Assembly: GCA_965140415.1 (NCBI GenBank) | Contig: OZ223209.1 | Span: 4,384,001 to 4,448,000, forward strand | Length of the DNA stretch: 64,000 nucleotides | Direction: 5' to 3' | Origin: Myxococcota bacterium | Lineage (GTDB): Bacteria > Myxococcota_A > SURF-8 | Shown: positions 10,046 to 19,665 of the stretch, piece by piece | Position numbering within the stretch: position 1 is the stretch's first letter | Layout of the letters: the number at the start of each line of letters is the position of its first letter | Notes under the pieces: model-generated | What the model was told of the DNA's origin: nothing | Seen by the model: the letters and a program-made list of their open reading frames with translations, nothing else | Database searches by the model: none | Position numbers and translations under genes: made by a program

Positions 10046-10490
10046 CGATATCCTCCTCGGTAAACACTTGAAATTACAAGCAAGCGTATTCGAGTTGCCT
10101 GGTTACGGACACGTCTTCCCGTCTATTTCAACAGGTAAAAAACCAAACTCGGAAACGCGCTGCCAAATTTGTACTAAATCTTGGAATCGGATCATAACAT
10201 GCACGAAGGGATTAATCAGCAAAAAAATATCGCCATTCCATTCAATTAAGGAAAAAGCCCGCAATTTCAGAAAATCACGAATTCTTTCTCTTACTTTTCG
10301 GAGTCCATCGAATAGCACTTTGAAATCCCAAATTCTAAATAAAGACATTTTTGTGAAAAAGGTTGCAATGACGACCCGGCTTAGATATTGTCGTACGGAC
10401 GATTTTTCGTTGGGATTTCAAAAAATCCAAACTATAAAGCATGGAATTTTATTGCTTTCGACCACATTTTTGGGAAGGAGAGTTGTCGTG

Positions 10491-12194
10491 ATGAAACGAG
10501 CGTTGTGGCTGTCCATTATTTTCTGTCTTGTCCTACCGGTTGTTTCTTTAATCGGTTGCAGTTCGGAAATGGACGAAGACGATTGGGTAGACGCGCTGCG
10601 CGACAAGCGAACCCGCGATCAAGCCCTGATGTACGTTCAGGAACACCGAACGAAAAAAGCGGTTCCGGTGCTGCTCAGCTTGATCCAAAAACGCTATAGC
10701 ACGCTGAAAGCGATCTACACCCTGGGTATCATTGGTGATCCCGTTGCCGTTCCGCCTTTGCTTGAAGTGCTCAATTCTGTCGTCACCAAAGACAGTTTGG
10801 ACCACGACCGTATGTCCGAGCAGATCTGCATGGCGCTGGGCATGATCGGTAATTCAACCGCCGTTCCCCCGATGATCAAATTGCTGGACAATCCGCAGTC
10901 CGGTGAAATGGGACGCGCCGGTGCGGTGCAGGCCATCGGCATGATCGGTGATCCGCGCGGCACGGAAAAACTGATTGAGGTTCTCAAGAACGAAAAAGAA
11001 AAGCTGCTGATTCGCCACTATGCTGCCATTGCGTTAGGTCGCATCAAGGCCAAAGAAGCGGCGGATGCGTTGGTTTACGCCCTTTACGTCGACGACGAAA
11101 CCGGACGTAACCTGTTCCGCGACGGTCAGCTTTCGTTGTTGCAGATCGGTGGCGAAGCCGCTCGTAACGCCCTGATCAAGGGATACGAACTGAAGAACGA
11201 AGATGTGACGACAGTTGCCAAGAAAATCGAATTGAAAGACGAGTGGGTCAAAATCAAAGCCATCAACGTCATGGGTCAACTCCGTGATCCGAAGATGGCC
11301 GATTTCATGATGGGCGAACTGGACAAGGCGCTGAAAAATGAATTGGTCTATGAAATCGAAGCCAAGTTGATTCAAGCGCTGGCTTTTACTCCGCTGAGTA
11401 AAGAACAAAAAGGAAAGATCGCTGATGCCTTCCTAAAAAGAGTCACCGGCACCGAGTTCTTGAACGAACGCGAACTGCTTTCGCAGGTGCTCATCAAGAA
11501 CAATGCAACCGAAAAGCTGGACGACATCATGAAACTGGCGGAAGCCGGCGATATCAGAATGAAAAACGCCAAGGGCCAGTACAAGGAATTCTCTCAGCAT
11601 TGCGTGGCAGCGGCTAACATCGTTTCCTTGTTGGGCGATCAGTCGTTTGCCGATCGCTTCGACGCCTTTGTTAAAGAAGGCAAATGCGTTTCCGACATCT
11701 GGGGTCTGAAAAAGAAAACCCCCGAATTGCTGGCCGAATTCAACCAGCGCATGAAAGCCGCCAAAGAATGCGGCAACAACATGGCCTGCTGGCAGGGTAA
11801 ACTGGCTTCCAAAGATTGGCCCGTGGTCGAGAAAGCAGTCATGACGTTGGCCAACACCGGTGACAACAAATACATGCCTGACATCATGAAGGTTTTGACC
11901 TTCCCGAATCAGCAAGTACGCGAAGCCACCGAATACGCCATCTGGAAACTGGCCACCCCGGAACTGCTGCCGCAGTTGATCCGTTACTGGCAGGATCAGA
12001 AGATCAATCGCGAATTCCAGAAGGTTACCGAAAACATCGGCTACATCATCTTCCTGCATATGCGTGACTGGAACATGGACAGCCCGGAAAAACGTCGCGA
12101 AGTCATGCGCGAAGCGGAAGCGCTTCGTGGCACCGGCAAAGGCTTGCTGTTGCCGCAGGCAGAAGACGATCTCGCCCCCGAACCGGCCAACTAA
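10491..12194 (+). CDS. HEAT/PBS-lyase repeat lipoprotein
   Basis: RBS AAGGAG before ATG 10491 (MKRALWLS..LIGC lipobox); repeated ALG-x-IG-D-x-x-AVP-x-L HEAT units. Confidence 0.85.
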   Translation: MKRALWLSIIFCLVLPVVSLIGCSSEMDEDDWVDALRDKRTRDQALMYVQEHRTKKAVPVLLSLIQKRYSTLKAIYTLGIIGDPVAVPPLLEVLNSVVTKDSLDHDRMSEQICMALGMIGNSTAVPPMIKLLDNPQSGEMGRAGAVQAIGMIGDPRGTEKLIEVLKNEKEKLLIRHYAAIALGRIKAKEAADALVYALYVDDETGRNLFRDGQLSLLQIGGEAARNALIKGYELKNEDVTTVAKKIELKDEWVKIKAINVMGQLRDPKMADFMMGELDKALKNELVYEIEAKLIQALAFTPLSKEQKGKIADAFLKRVTGTEFLNERELLSQVLIKNNATEKLDDIMKLAEAGDIRMKNAKGQYKEFSQHCVAAANIVSLLGDQSFADRFDAFVKEGKCVSDIWGLKKKTPELLAEFNQRMKAAKECGNNMACWQGKLASKDWPVVEKAVMTLANTGDNKYMPDIMKVLTFPNQQVREATEYAIWKLATPELLPQLIRYWQDQKINREFQKVTENIGYIIFLHMRDWNMDSPEKRREVMREAEALRGTGKGLLLPQAEDDLAPEPAN

Positions 12195-12217
12195 ATCGTA
12201 CCCGGTTGTAAACGATC

Positions 12218-12251
12218 AACGCCCTCCCGATATCGGGAGGGCGTTTTTTTT
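12218..12251 (+). terminator. Rho-independent terminator of the HEAT gene
   Basis: Perfect palindrome AACGCCCTCCCGATATCGGGAGGGCGTT followed by a T-run. Confidence 0.85.
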
Positions 12252-12271
12252 ATGGAGCATCGAATATTGTA

Positions 12272-12330
12272 TGTCGGGTGATTTCACCCGACAATTCCTG
12301 GATGGATCGGGATTGCAATCCCGATCCATC
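12272..12330. repeat. Two REP-like hairpins
   Basis: TGTCGGGTG-ATTT-CACCCGACA and the perfect 30-bp palindrome GATGGATCGGGATTGCAATCCCGATCCATC (12301-12330), between convergent genes. Confidence 0.6.
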
Positions 12331-12386
12331 TTAGGGCACCCACTTCCAATCAATCAAATCAACTAATGGTAACGTCTAAACCACAC

Positions 12387-12917
12387 TCACCGAATATAGA
12401 GCCAATGCAACAACTGCTCCCACAAAGCCATGAAATAACGCTGTGCTTCAGGATCGACAACCTTCGTCGACCACACATGCTTCCCGACTCCGATCTGGCA
12501 TAACACATATTCGCCTAACGCCATCTGGCCGATGGCCACCATGCCGCAGGCGAATTGCCCCAAGCCGAACAAGCCACCCATCGCGAACTGGGCGATCACC
12601 ACCAATCCGGCAATAAACTGACCGAAACCGAAAAGCAGCCCCACGCCGAATTGAGCCACGGTAATCAAACCGATGGCGAACCAGCCGATGGCGATGATTC
12701 CCTTGGCGACCAGCAGTTTTCCCGTCTGCTGATCGAAACCAATGGCGATGTGTACCAGCGGCCAGCCCAATAGCGACGTTTCGCTTTTCCATTGCCAACC
12801 CCAGCGCTTGCGCCGCACGACAACCGGAACCTCTCGCAAAGGATACCCGCAATGCGGGCAGGAATATGCTTTTTCGCTGATACTGCTTTGGCATTCAGGA
12901 CAGGAAATGTAGGCCAT
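12387..12917 (-). CDS. Zinc-ribbon domain membrane protein
   Basis: CPEC..CPHCG N-terminus; LGWPLVHIAIG..AKGIIAIG followed by Gly-rich hydrophobic repeats. Confidence 0.8.
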   Translation of the reverse strand: MAYISCPECQSSISEKAYSCPHCGYPLREVPVVVRRKRWGWQWKSETSLLGWPLVHIAIGFDQQTGKLLVAKGIIAIGWFAIGLITVAQFGVGLLFGFGQFIAGLVVIAQFAMGGLFGLGQFACGMVAIGQMALGEYVLCQIGVGKHVWSTKVVDPEAQRYFMALWEQLLHWLYIR

Positions 12918-12943
12918 GCTCGTCTACCTCGACCTTAGATATA

Positions 12944-12963
12944 TAATGAGTGAACGCTCATTA
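12944..12963. promoter_or_regulatory. Palindromic operator candidate upstream of the zinc-ribbon gene
   Basis: TAATGAGTGAACGCTCATTA, near-perfect dyad about 27 bp upstream of the start codon. Confidence 0.45.
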
Positions 12964-13045
12964 CATACCACTGGGAAACGCAGCTTGCAAGCCTTAGACG
13001 AGAAACACGGCGCTATTCAATTAACGGATTTTCCGCAACGGTAGC

Positions 13046-13080
13046 TGTAGGTTGGTCAGATTTTCTGCCCGACAATATTG
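13046..13080 (+). repeat. GTAG-type REP-like element
   Basis: TGTAGGTTGGTCAGATTTTCTGCCCGACAATATTG; near-identical inverted copy at 19621-19655. Confidence 0.65.
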
Positions 13081-13117
13081 ACTAACCATTCAATTGCATT
13101 TTACGATGAGATTGAGT

Positions 13118-14401
13118 TTACAGCTTGGCTCCGGCGCTGAAAGCACGCAGGGGAGCGGTCGCCTTTTTAATCCAGCGTGGCGTTTTGCTTTTTGTCGCTT
13201 CCGGTTCCGGAATCGGCAGTGCGATCGTATAGCAATCATCCTGTACGGAAGGCAGCGAGTTGACGAAAGCGGCCAGGTCGGTATTGCGTTTGTTGCTGCG
13301 ACCTTCGTAGGTTTGCAAACGTTCTTGTACGATCTCGAAAGCGACGCTGAAACCATGCGTCATGTTGCCTTTGAGCATGCTTTTATTGTGCCACAAGTTG
13401 TACGCAACGATGCGCAAGGCTTCGCTGTAAAGCGAGAGCCAGGAACTGCCGTGGCCTTCGTGACGAATGTAGGCGGCCTGTGGTTGTCCCTGCTGCAACA
13501 ATTGCAGAAAACGTTGGGCCGGGTCGTAGGGCTCGTGGGAGCGATATTGAACGACGGTCACCACGCGATCCAGATTGCGCAGGTGAGCGTCGGAGCCTGC
13601 CAGCGCGATTTGAGGTTTGCCGTTGGCGGATTCGAGCAGATCGAGATACGCCAGCGCCTGGGCTTTTCCCTGGCAATGTTCGCGTACCTGTTTCGAATTT
13701 TTACAGGCGGTATTATGAAAAGCAACCCATTTCGCCAAATAAGGATAAGTCGAATCCGGGAAACCGCCGTTTAGCACTTCGACCGCGCGTGCGTTGACCA
13801 GCAGTTTCTGAAGCTGCTCGAAGGTCAAATCGTTTCCATCCATGGGATGCGGAACGGCGTAGGCGTAGCCGTGCGATTCCACGAATTCAAGCACGAGTTC
13901 AAAAAGCGCTTCCGGCGCTTCGTCCGGGGCGCAGGCATCGTACAAGAATTCCAGATCCTGCTGAACCAGGCCGTAATGCTGCCGGTTTTCCGTTTGGCGC
14001 AATTGCGGCGGTCCGTAAACAATAATCTCCGGTGCGCGCAGCCAACTGCCGTCCTCGCCCTTGACGACGCAGCTTATTTCCGCGCCGACAATGACACTGC
14101 TGTATGTCTCGGCCAGTCGCAGATTGGAAGGATGCAGCACGTGAGCGCGTTTGGACATGTGATCGGTGATGCACATCACGTCGATATCCGACTCATGCCC
14201 GGAAGCGAATTTCTCCAGCATATGGAAGGAAATCAGCGCCTCTTTCCAGTAAAGGTCGTCGGCCCGTTCCTCTCCGACCAGGCGACAGATGCCGTCGCGC
14301 ACGTATGGATATAGCGGGCTGGCGGGTCCGTCGGAAGCCTGGCTATGCAGGTGTGTGATAAGCCGGTGTGTCTGTTTGTTTGGTTCGTGGTGTTTGATCA
14401 T
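13118..14401 (-). CDS. PHP-domain (polymerase/histidinol phosphatase-like) metallo-phosphoesterase
   Basis: HLHSQASDG, ITDH, VPHPMD, EVLNG and GSDAH motifs. Confidence 0.8.
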   Translation of the reverse strand: MIKHHEPNKQTHRLITHLHSQASDGPASPLYPYVRDGICRLVGEERADDLYWKEALISFHMLEKFASGHESDIDVMCITDHMSKRAHVLHPSNLRLAETYSSVIVGAEISCVVKGEDGSWLRAPEIIVYGPPQLRQTENRQHYGLVQQDLEFLYDACAPDEAPEALFELVLEFVESHGYAYAVPHPMDGNDLTFEQLQKLLVNARAVEVLNGGFPDSTYPYLAKWVAFHNTACKNSKQVREHCQGKAQALAYLDLLESANGKPQIALAGSDAHLRNLDRVVTVVQYRSHEPYDPAQRFLQLLQQGQPQAAYIRHEGHGSSWLSLYSEALRIVAYNLWHNKSMLKGNMTHGFSVAFEIVQERLQTYEGRSNKRNTDLAAFVNSLPSVQDDCYTIALPIPEPEATKSKTPRWIKKATAPLRAFSAGAKL

Positions 14402-14805
14402 GTCCCAACTGACTGTATGTATTCGTTTGGCGTTCGTACAGCTACGGAGTCCGAAGCTACTTCGTCAAATGCCAACATGTGAAAGATAATGCTGCCACGG
14501 CGCCGTATCGGAAGCCATGACGAGAACTTTTTGAAAGTGTGATACACGTCGCAAGCAATTTAGGCTCGCGCGAAAGTATGAACGATTCTGCTTTGTTCGA
14601 ACGGGAAGGAAATGGTTGATCTCCTTGTTGAATGCAGGTAAACCTCCCCGCTGAATCCAGAATATTTTAACTATCGGAATGCAAAAAGTCAAGGCAAATG
14701 CACTGGTTGGTGTAAATCGAAGCAGTAGCTAAGGGGCTGGCCCTCCGTTGGAGCAGTGGCTCCAGTCCTGCTCCTAGTGCTTGTCTTGGGCAAGCCCCCA
14801 AAACC

Positions 14806-14835
14806 AAAAACGGCGCAGAGAGTGACTCTGCGCCG
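14806..14835 (-). terminator. Rho-independent terminator of plsC
   Basis: CGGCGCAGAG/CTCTGCGCCG stem with a T-run on the minus strand. Confidence 0.8.
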
Positions 14836-14856
14836 GGAATTCAAACTGTGTGTGTA

Positions 14857-15684
14857 CTACGCTGCGGGCAGCGGTTTTTGATCGCGGGGCAGACGTTCGC
14901 GGAACAGTTCCCAGACTTCCATGATTTTCTCGTCCATGTTTTCCAGGGTCCAGTCGCTGGTGTCGATGGGAGGCAGCACTTCCATCGTAACCGGAACGGG
15001 TTTGACCATCAACGAGCCGGGTTTCCAGCAATGATGCGCGCCGCTGACGACGAAGGGAATAATCGGCAGGCCGGTTTGAACGGCCATGTGAGCGAAGCCC
15101 TTTTTAAAGGCTTTCAGGCGACCGTCGCGCGAGCGGGTGCCTTCCGGCCAGATAAAGGCGCTAAGCCCGTTTTCCTCCATATATTCGCTCATTTCACGCA
15201 TGCTGTTTTTGGCTTTATCCGTATTGCTGCGATCGATGACCAGATGGCCGGAGAGCGCGTAAACCTGTCCGAAAAAGGGAATACGCAGGATTTCTTTTTT
15301 CGCGACGCCGCTGGTGCCGGGAGGCGTGCGGCTCATGGCGAGAAAAAGGTCGAGCACGGAAGTATGATTCGAGATGTAGATGCCGGGGGTTTTCTTTTTC
15401 AATTGTTCTTTGTTGATGATTTTCAGCTTGCAGCCGGAGATGGTCACCATGCCGCGCCCGGCGAAATTTCCGAAGCGGCTGGTGGCGCGCAGTCGCAGCA
15501 GGCGGCTGGGCAAAATCAGCAATAACAACATGAAATGAAGCGTAAAGGTCACCGCCATAAACGAAAAGCCAACAACGGCCTTTAATAGGCTGATCAGGCG
15601 CTGCCAAGTTTTAATCAGGATATTTGGGTTTGCAATCGTAATGCCGAGATCGCTCATAATCTTGCTTCCTCCCGTTTGCGCCAT
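14857..15684 (-). CDS. plsC: 1-acyl-sn-glycerol-3-phosphate acyltransferase
   Basis: NHTSVLD (HX4D), AKKEI..PFFG, IDRS, WPEGTRS and FKKG motifs. Confidence 0.9.
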   Translation of the reverse strand: MAQTGGSKIMSDLGITIANPNILIKTWQRLISLLKAVVGFSFMAVTFTLHFMLLLLILPSRLLRLRATSRFGNFAGRGMVTISGCKLKIINKEQLKKKTPGIYISNHTSVLDLFLAMSRTPPGTSGVAKKEILRIPFFGQVYALSGHLVIDRSNTDKAKNSMREMSEYMEENGLSAFIWPEGTRSRDGRLKAFKKGFAHMAVQTGLPIIPFVVSGAHHCWKPGSLMVKPVPVTMEVLPPIDTSDWTLENMDEKIMEVWELFRERLPRDQKPLPAA

Positions 15685-15794
15685 GTTGCAGCACAGGGCA
15701 ATTTCGTTGACACTCGCCAGGCATCATAGCGCATCTTGGAAAGGCGCATTGTAAAAGTAATGTAAAAATAGGAAATATGGGATGAAAGAGAAGT

Positions 15795-15968
15795 GATTAC
15801 AATGAGATAAAGATTCAGGGCATGTCGGGCAGATGTCTTGCCCAACATGAATTTGAAAAGGTCGGGGTAAGAAATTCTCGACGATTACAATGAAAGATTC
15901 AGGATCGGTCGGGAAAAAATCTTGTCCGATGGAAATTGGGAAATGTCGGGGTAAAAATTGCCCCGACT
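15795..15968. repeat. BIME-like array: two ~87-bp units, each with two GTCGGG..CCCGAC-type hairpins
   Basis: Units start GATTACAATGA..AAGATTCAGG at 15795 and 15883; four imperfect hairpins in total. Confidence 0.65.
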
Positions 15969-16003
15969 TCCTTCCACGGGAATTGAAGGTTTCAGCCATC
16001 TTT

Positions 16004-17425
16004 TCAGCGGCGTCTTCCTTTTCCTTTTTCCTTCTGCTTCGGTTCGGCCTGTGTCTTCACTTCTTCAACCGTTTGTTGGTCAGGATATGTGACTTCATCA
16101 TACCTGTAGACAGACCATGCTCCACTTTTCCAGTAGCAATCCACACCATCCCGCTTTTCTCCTTTTTGTACTTTAAAATTTATTGGGATTCTGTATGTCG
16201 TGCCTTCGGGTTTGGTTTCCGCGCCAAACCCGGAAACGGAAAACGTGCCTATACTATTGTAACGGTTATTATACTCATTATCCAAATAATAATAAGTCCC
16301 CGAAATTTCATTCGGACGAACATTGCCGAGATCCGTCGAGGAAAATTCAAGCAAAAGCCGTATGGACTTCTTGTCCGTCGATGACGAATTCTTTTCCACC
16401 AACATCAGGCTCGGGATTTGCAGGATTTCCGGGGAAAGGGACAACAATGAGTAGCGGGCTTCTTTGCCTTTTTCTGTCTCGCCGCTGACCTTCTTTTCCT
16501 CTCCGGGCAGCAGAGTCAGAAAATAGGTTTGCCACACTTCGATCTGGAGGAGCATTTGAACTGCGACCTTGCCGTTATTCTTGATGATGAGATCATATGG
16601 ATTGGAAAAGGCCGGGCTGAATTTCTTTGTGTAGGAAACTTTCAAGGGCACCGACTTTTTCAGCCGGGCATCCACTTCTTCCATCCACGGCTTCAGATAC
16701 GCGTTCAGGCTTTTATTAATTGGTGAATGCGGATGCGATTTCATCAATTCCGCCGCCGCCTTGGGATCGCGGCTTTTAACAACATCGGCATAGGCTTTCG
16801 CGAGATCCGCCGGAACTACAAACAGATCGACCAGCGTTTTTTTTGTGTCGATTTCCGGCTTTTTCGGACATGCAAAGCTGCGCTTGCATTGTTTGCCTCG
16901 TCCCGAATACTTAGGTTTCTGACTGCATCCTGTGCCCTTGACATTGATCGCTTTTACGAACTTCTTTCCCGGCTGAATAAAAGTCACCTCGTAAATAGTG
17001 GTGGTTTTCCCTTTCGGCATCTTGTGTTCCAGAAACGCCAAGGGATATTTCGTTGTATTGATTATCGTCTGTGTGTGTTTAAAAGCCGTGTAGAAAGTGG
17101 GAGGGACACCGGAACCGCAGATTTGAAGAGCTTTCGCACTCTCTTCCATCATCCAGGTTACGTGAAATTTTTTACTGCCTGCCGGTGCAAGCTTGTTGGT
17201 GATCTTGATTTCTCCCGGTAGAACGTCCTTCATCAAGCGATAGGCTTCGCCAGCATCTTTCTCGGTCGGATTCGCTTCGATAAACGTCATATAGGCGTCC
17301 ACGGTATTTTCGCGTGTTACATCTTCGAAACTCATCGGAGCCTGCTCATCCTGACTCCAGGCAAACGATAAAAAGGAGAACATCGCAACACTCGCTATTA
17401 CGGCTACCCTGTTCATGAATCGCAT
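16004..17425 (-). CDS. Hypothetical secreted protein
   Basis: 473-aa ORF with a signal peptide (AWS/Q); no family recognised. Confidence 0.75.
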   Translation of the reverse strand: MRFMNRVAVIASVAMFSFLSFAWSQDEQAPMSFEDVTRENTVDAYMTFIEANPTEKDAGEAYRLMKDVLPGEIKITNKLAPAGSKKFHVTWMMEESAKALQICGSGVPPTFYTAFKHTQTIINTTKYPLAFLEHKMPKGKTTTIYEVTFIQPGKKFVKAINVKGTGCSQKPKYSGRGKQCKRSFACPKKPEIDTKKTLVDLFVVPADLAKAYADVVKSRDPKAAAELMKSHPHSPINKSLNAYLKPWMEEVDARLKKSVPLKVSYTKKFSPAFSNPYDLIIKNNGKVAVQMLLQIEVWQTYFLTLLPGEEKKVSGETEKGKEARYSLLSLSPEILQIPSLMLVEKNSSSTDKKSIRLLLEFSSTDLGNVRPNEISGTYYYLDNEYNNRYNSIGTFSVSGFGAETKPEGTTYRIPINFKVQKGEKRDGVDCYWKSGAWSVYRYDEVTYPDQQTVEEVKTQAEPKQKEKGKGRRR

Positions 17426-17861
17426 AGTTGCACCCTTTCATGAGAAAGAAATTCAGAAAATCGATACTAAACGGAATGCAGCCAATCTATGCTTTTTCAA
17501 CAGGTTGTCAATCAAAATATTCGAAGAGACAGATAGAAGGCTGATTTGAAGTCGGATATTGCCCGACGCTGCGGCAGATGGCCTTTTTGGACGCTAACCG
17601 ACCGGTAAACGTACACTAAATGACCGCTAGATGAACGTAAACGCGCAGTGCTCCAAACGCCGATGCTGCCTGCTGTTATCTCGTACTGCGATGCACTCCG
17701 ACGCGCTGCCTCATGCGGCGTGAAAGTGCACTGTCATGCACCGGTCATTTAGTGCTTGTTTGGTGTTGGTTTCCCGGTCAAACAGGTGCTTTTGCGTACC
17801 GACTCGGACAGGGGATTCCATCGGGCTTGCATCGTTGAAAAAATAGCGATTGAGATAGCCG

Positions 17862-17897
17862 AAAAAAGCGACGGGCGTCATCGAGACGCCCGTCGCT
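17862..17897 (-). terminator. Rho-independent terminator of the flavodoxin gene
   Basis: AGCGACGGGCGTC/GACGCCCGTCGCT stem with a T-run on the minus strand. Confidence 0.85.
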
Positions 17898-17919
17898 CAC
17901 AAGTCAAATGATAGCGGTT

Positions 17920-18399
17920 TTACCCGGCCAGCTTTTTCGTCAGGGTCGCCGTCTGTTCGCCGTAACGTTGACATTCGCGCAGGCCGGCGTCGTCGGGAGC
18001 GTGAACGGCCACCGGGCCGTAATGACTGCCTGCTTGCAAGCCTTGAACCACCATGCCATGTACCAATAGGCCGCTTAAAATGCCCATGATCGTCGTTTCG
18101 TTGCCGCCCGCCGGACCGCCGGAAGACGTGAATGCGCCGCCCACTTTGCCGTTTAAGCGCCCGAAAACTTTGATGCTTCGATCGATCAGATCTTTGACTT
18201 CGGCGGCCATTTGACCGAAGTAGGTGGGGCTGCCTAAAATAATGCCGTCAGCCTGTTGCAGATCCTCGATGCTGGTATCGGCGATGGTTTTCAGTTCGAC
18301 TTCAACACCGTCTACGCTTTTTGCGCCTTCGGCAATGGCGCGAGCCATTTTTTCCGTATTGCCGGATTTGGTGAAATAACTGATCAGAATGCGTGTCAT
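17920..18399 (-). CDS. Flavodoxin-like NAD(P)H-dependent oxidoreductase (WrbA family)
   Basis: YFTKSGNTEKMA, GSPTYFG, GKVGGAFTSSG..GGNET; RBS GGAGG before ATG 18399. Confidence 0.88.
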   Translation of the reverse strand: MTRILISYFTKSGNTEKMARAIAEGAKSVDGVEVELKTIADTSIEDLQQADGIILGSPTYFGQMAAEVKDLIDRSIKVFGRLNGKVGGAFTSSGGPAGGNETTIMGILSGLLVHGMVVQGLQAGSHYGPVAVHAPDDAGLRECQRYGEQTATLTKKLAG

Positions 18400-18543
18400 A
18401 GTTCCTCCAAACAATAATGATGTGCGGTGATAAAACGCGCCACGGACTAGCTAATTGATCAACGGCAGACTACGACAAAGCCGGGCGAGTGTCCAGGGCG
18501 TTTGGTGGCTTAATTCAAAACTTCATGAAACCGGCTTGTGCGA

Positions 18544-18939
18544 CTAGCGGCTCAATGCGTCCTTCGCGAGCTTGATGTCGTCGGCCTGGATTACGCAGGT
18601 GGCGGATTTGCTCTGGTCGTCGCCGACAATGTAAACACCCTCGATATTGACGTGCGCTCGTTGCAATTTTGCAAGAATACGCAGCAGGCTGCCTGGAGCG
18701 TCTTTTACGGTGACGATCAACACGTCCTGCTTGGAATAGGAGGTGTTTTCCTGTTTCAGGATATTCTGAAAGCTTCCGGGATCTTGCGGTACCAGGCGCA
18801 TAATGGCGCCGTCTTTCGAGGCGAAAGTGGCAGCGGCAGTCAGGTTCAGGCGCTTGACTTTGTGCAACAGCTTTTTCAGTTCGCCGGGTTTATTGGTAAG
18901 AAAGATACTGAACTGCTTGGCTAGCTTGACCATGGGCAA
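18544..18939 (-). CDS. Tandem ACT-domain protein
   Basis: QFSIFLTNKPGEL and VKDAPGSLLRIL..NIEGVY ACT motifs. Confidence 0.8.
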   Translation of the reverse strand: MPMVKLAKQFSIFLTNKPGELKKLLHKVKRLNLTAAATFASKDGAIMRLVPQDPGSFQNILKQENTSYSKQDVLIVTVKDAPGSLLRILAKLQRAHVNIEGVYIVGDDQSKSATCVIQADDIKLAKDALSR

Positions 18940-19113
18940 GAATCCTTTTTCCTACAGGTAATTGAAGCTATCAGTATAGCCGAAAACCTCTGTTGGGTCG
19001 AAATGTTTTCCGTTTCGGCATGTTTAGAAATCACCGATGGGAATAATGCGCCGGGCTTCTTCGTCCATCAGCAAGGGGAGTGAAAGAACAATTTGGAAAC
19101 AGGAGAATTTACA

Positions 19114-19401
19114 ATGAAGGTTTCATATAAAATCGATGGACGTGAGCATAGCAGCAAAGATTATTCCGAGCAGCAGTTGCGTAATACCGATTTGATGGAT
19201 GCGCTGCTCGATGTCTCTTCCAGCAATCTGCAAGAGGCGAAAGTCTATGTATCCATCGAGAATGGCGAGGAAAAACTGGTGGGTACCTCCAACGGGCAGA
19301 GCCTGTTCGATGTGTTAAACGAAGTCGGTAATGGCGATTTGAAACGGAATTTCGTCGTTGAAATGGTGCCGGACAAGCGCACCTGTGGTCCGAAATTCTA
19401 G
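19114..19401 (+). CDS. Small hypothetical protein
   Basis: RBS AGGAG before ATG 19114; protein-like composition; no competing gene. Confidence 0.6.
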   Translation: MKVSYKIDGREHSSKDYSEQQLRNTDLMDALLDVSSSNLQEAKVYVSIENGEEKLVGTSNGQSLFDVLNEVGNGDLKRNFVVEMVPDKRTCGPKF

Positions 19402-19578
19402 AGGAGATATTACTCATTCCTGTCCATCGAGTAATCTGGATGTGCCATGGTCTCACGGAATGGAAATTCCGGGAGGCCGTGTGTAACCGTATAGAAACAC
19501 ACAGCCTTCCACGATCTTCGACCGCGTAACACTATGGCACTTTTTCGCCGATTATGCGGCCCATAACGACCATTACCT

Positions 19579-19655
19579 AGTACAGGTCGGCCATATTTCA
19601 TGCCCGACACAAAGGGAAATCAATATTGTCGGTCAGAAAATATGCCCGACCTACT
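19579..19655. repeat. Inverted REP doublet (REPIN-like)
   Basis: CAGGTCGGCCATATTTCATGCCCGACA forward and TGTCGGTCAGAAAATATGCCCGACCTAC reverse, between convergent genes. Confidence 0.6.
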
Positions 19656-19665
19656 CTGAAATCTC

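Noticed and set aside
10026-10490. 155-aa N-terminal extension of the HEAT ORF
   Set aside because: AT-rich, overlaps the divergent gene's start, and the RBS plus lipoprotein signal begin at 10491.
15795-15968. Possible mini-CRISPR array
   Set aside because: Only two degenerate units, no identical repeats with unique spacers, and no cas genes; better explained as REP/BIME.
17607-17761. Retron msr-msd (a1/a2 inverted repeats)
   Set aside because: No reverse transcriptase gene nearby; kept only as a generic structured-element candidate.
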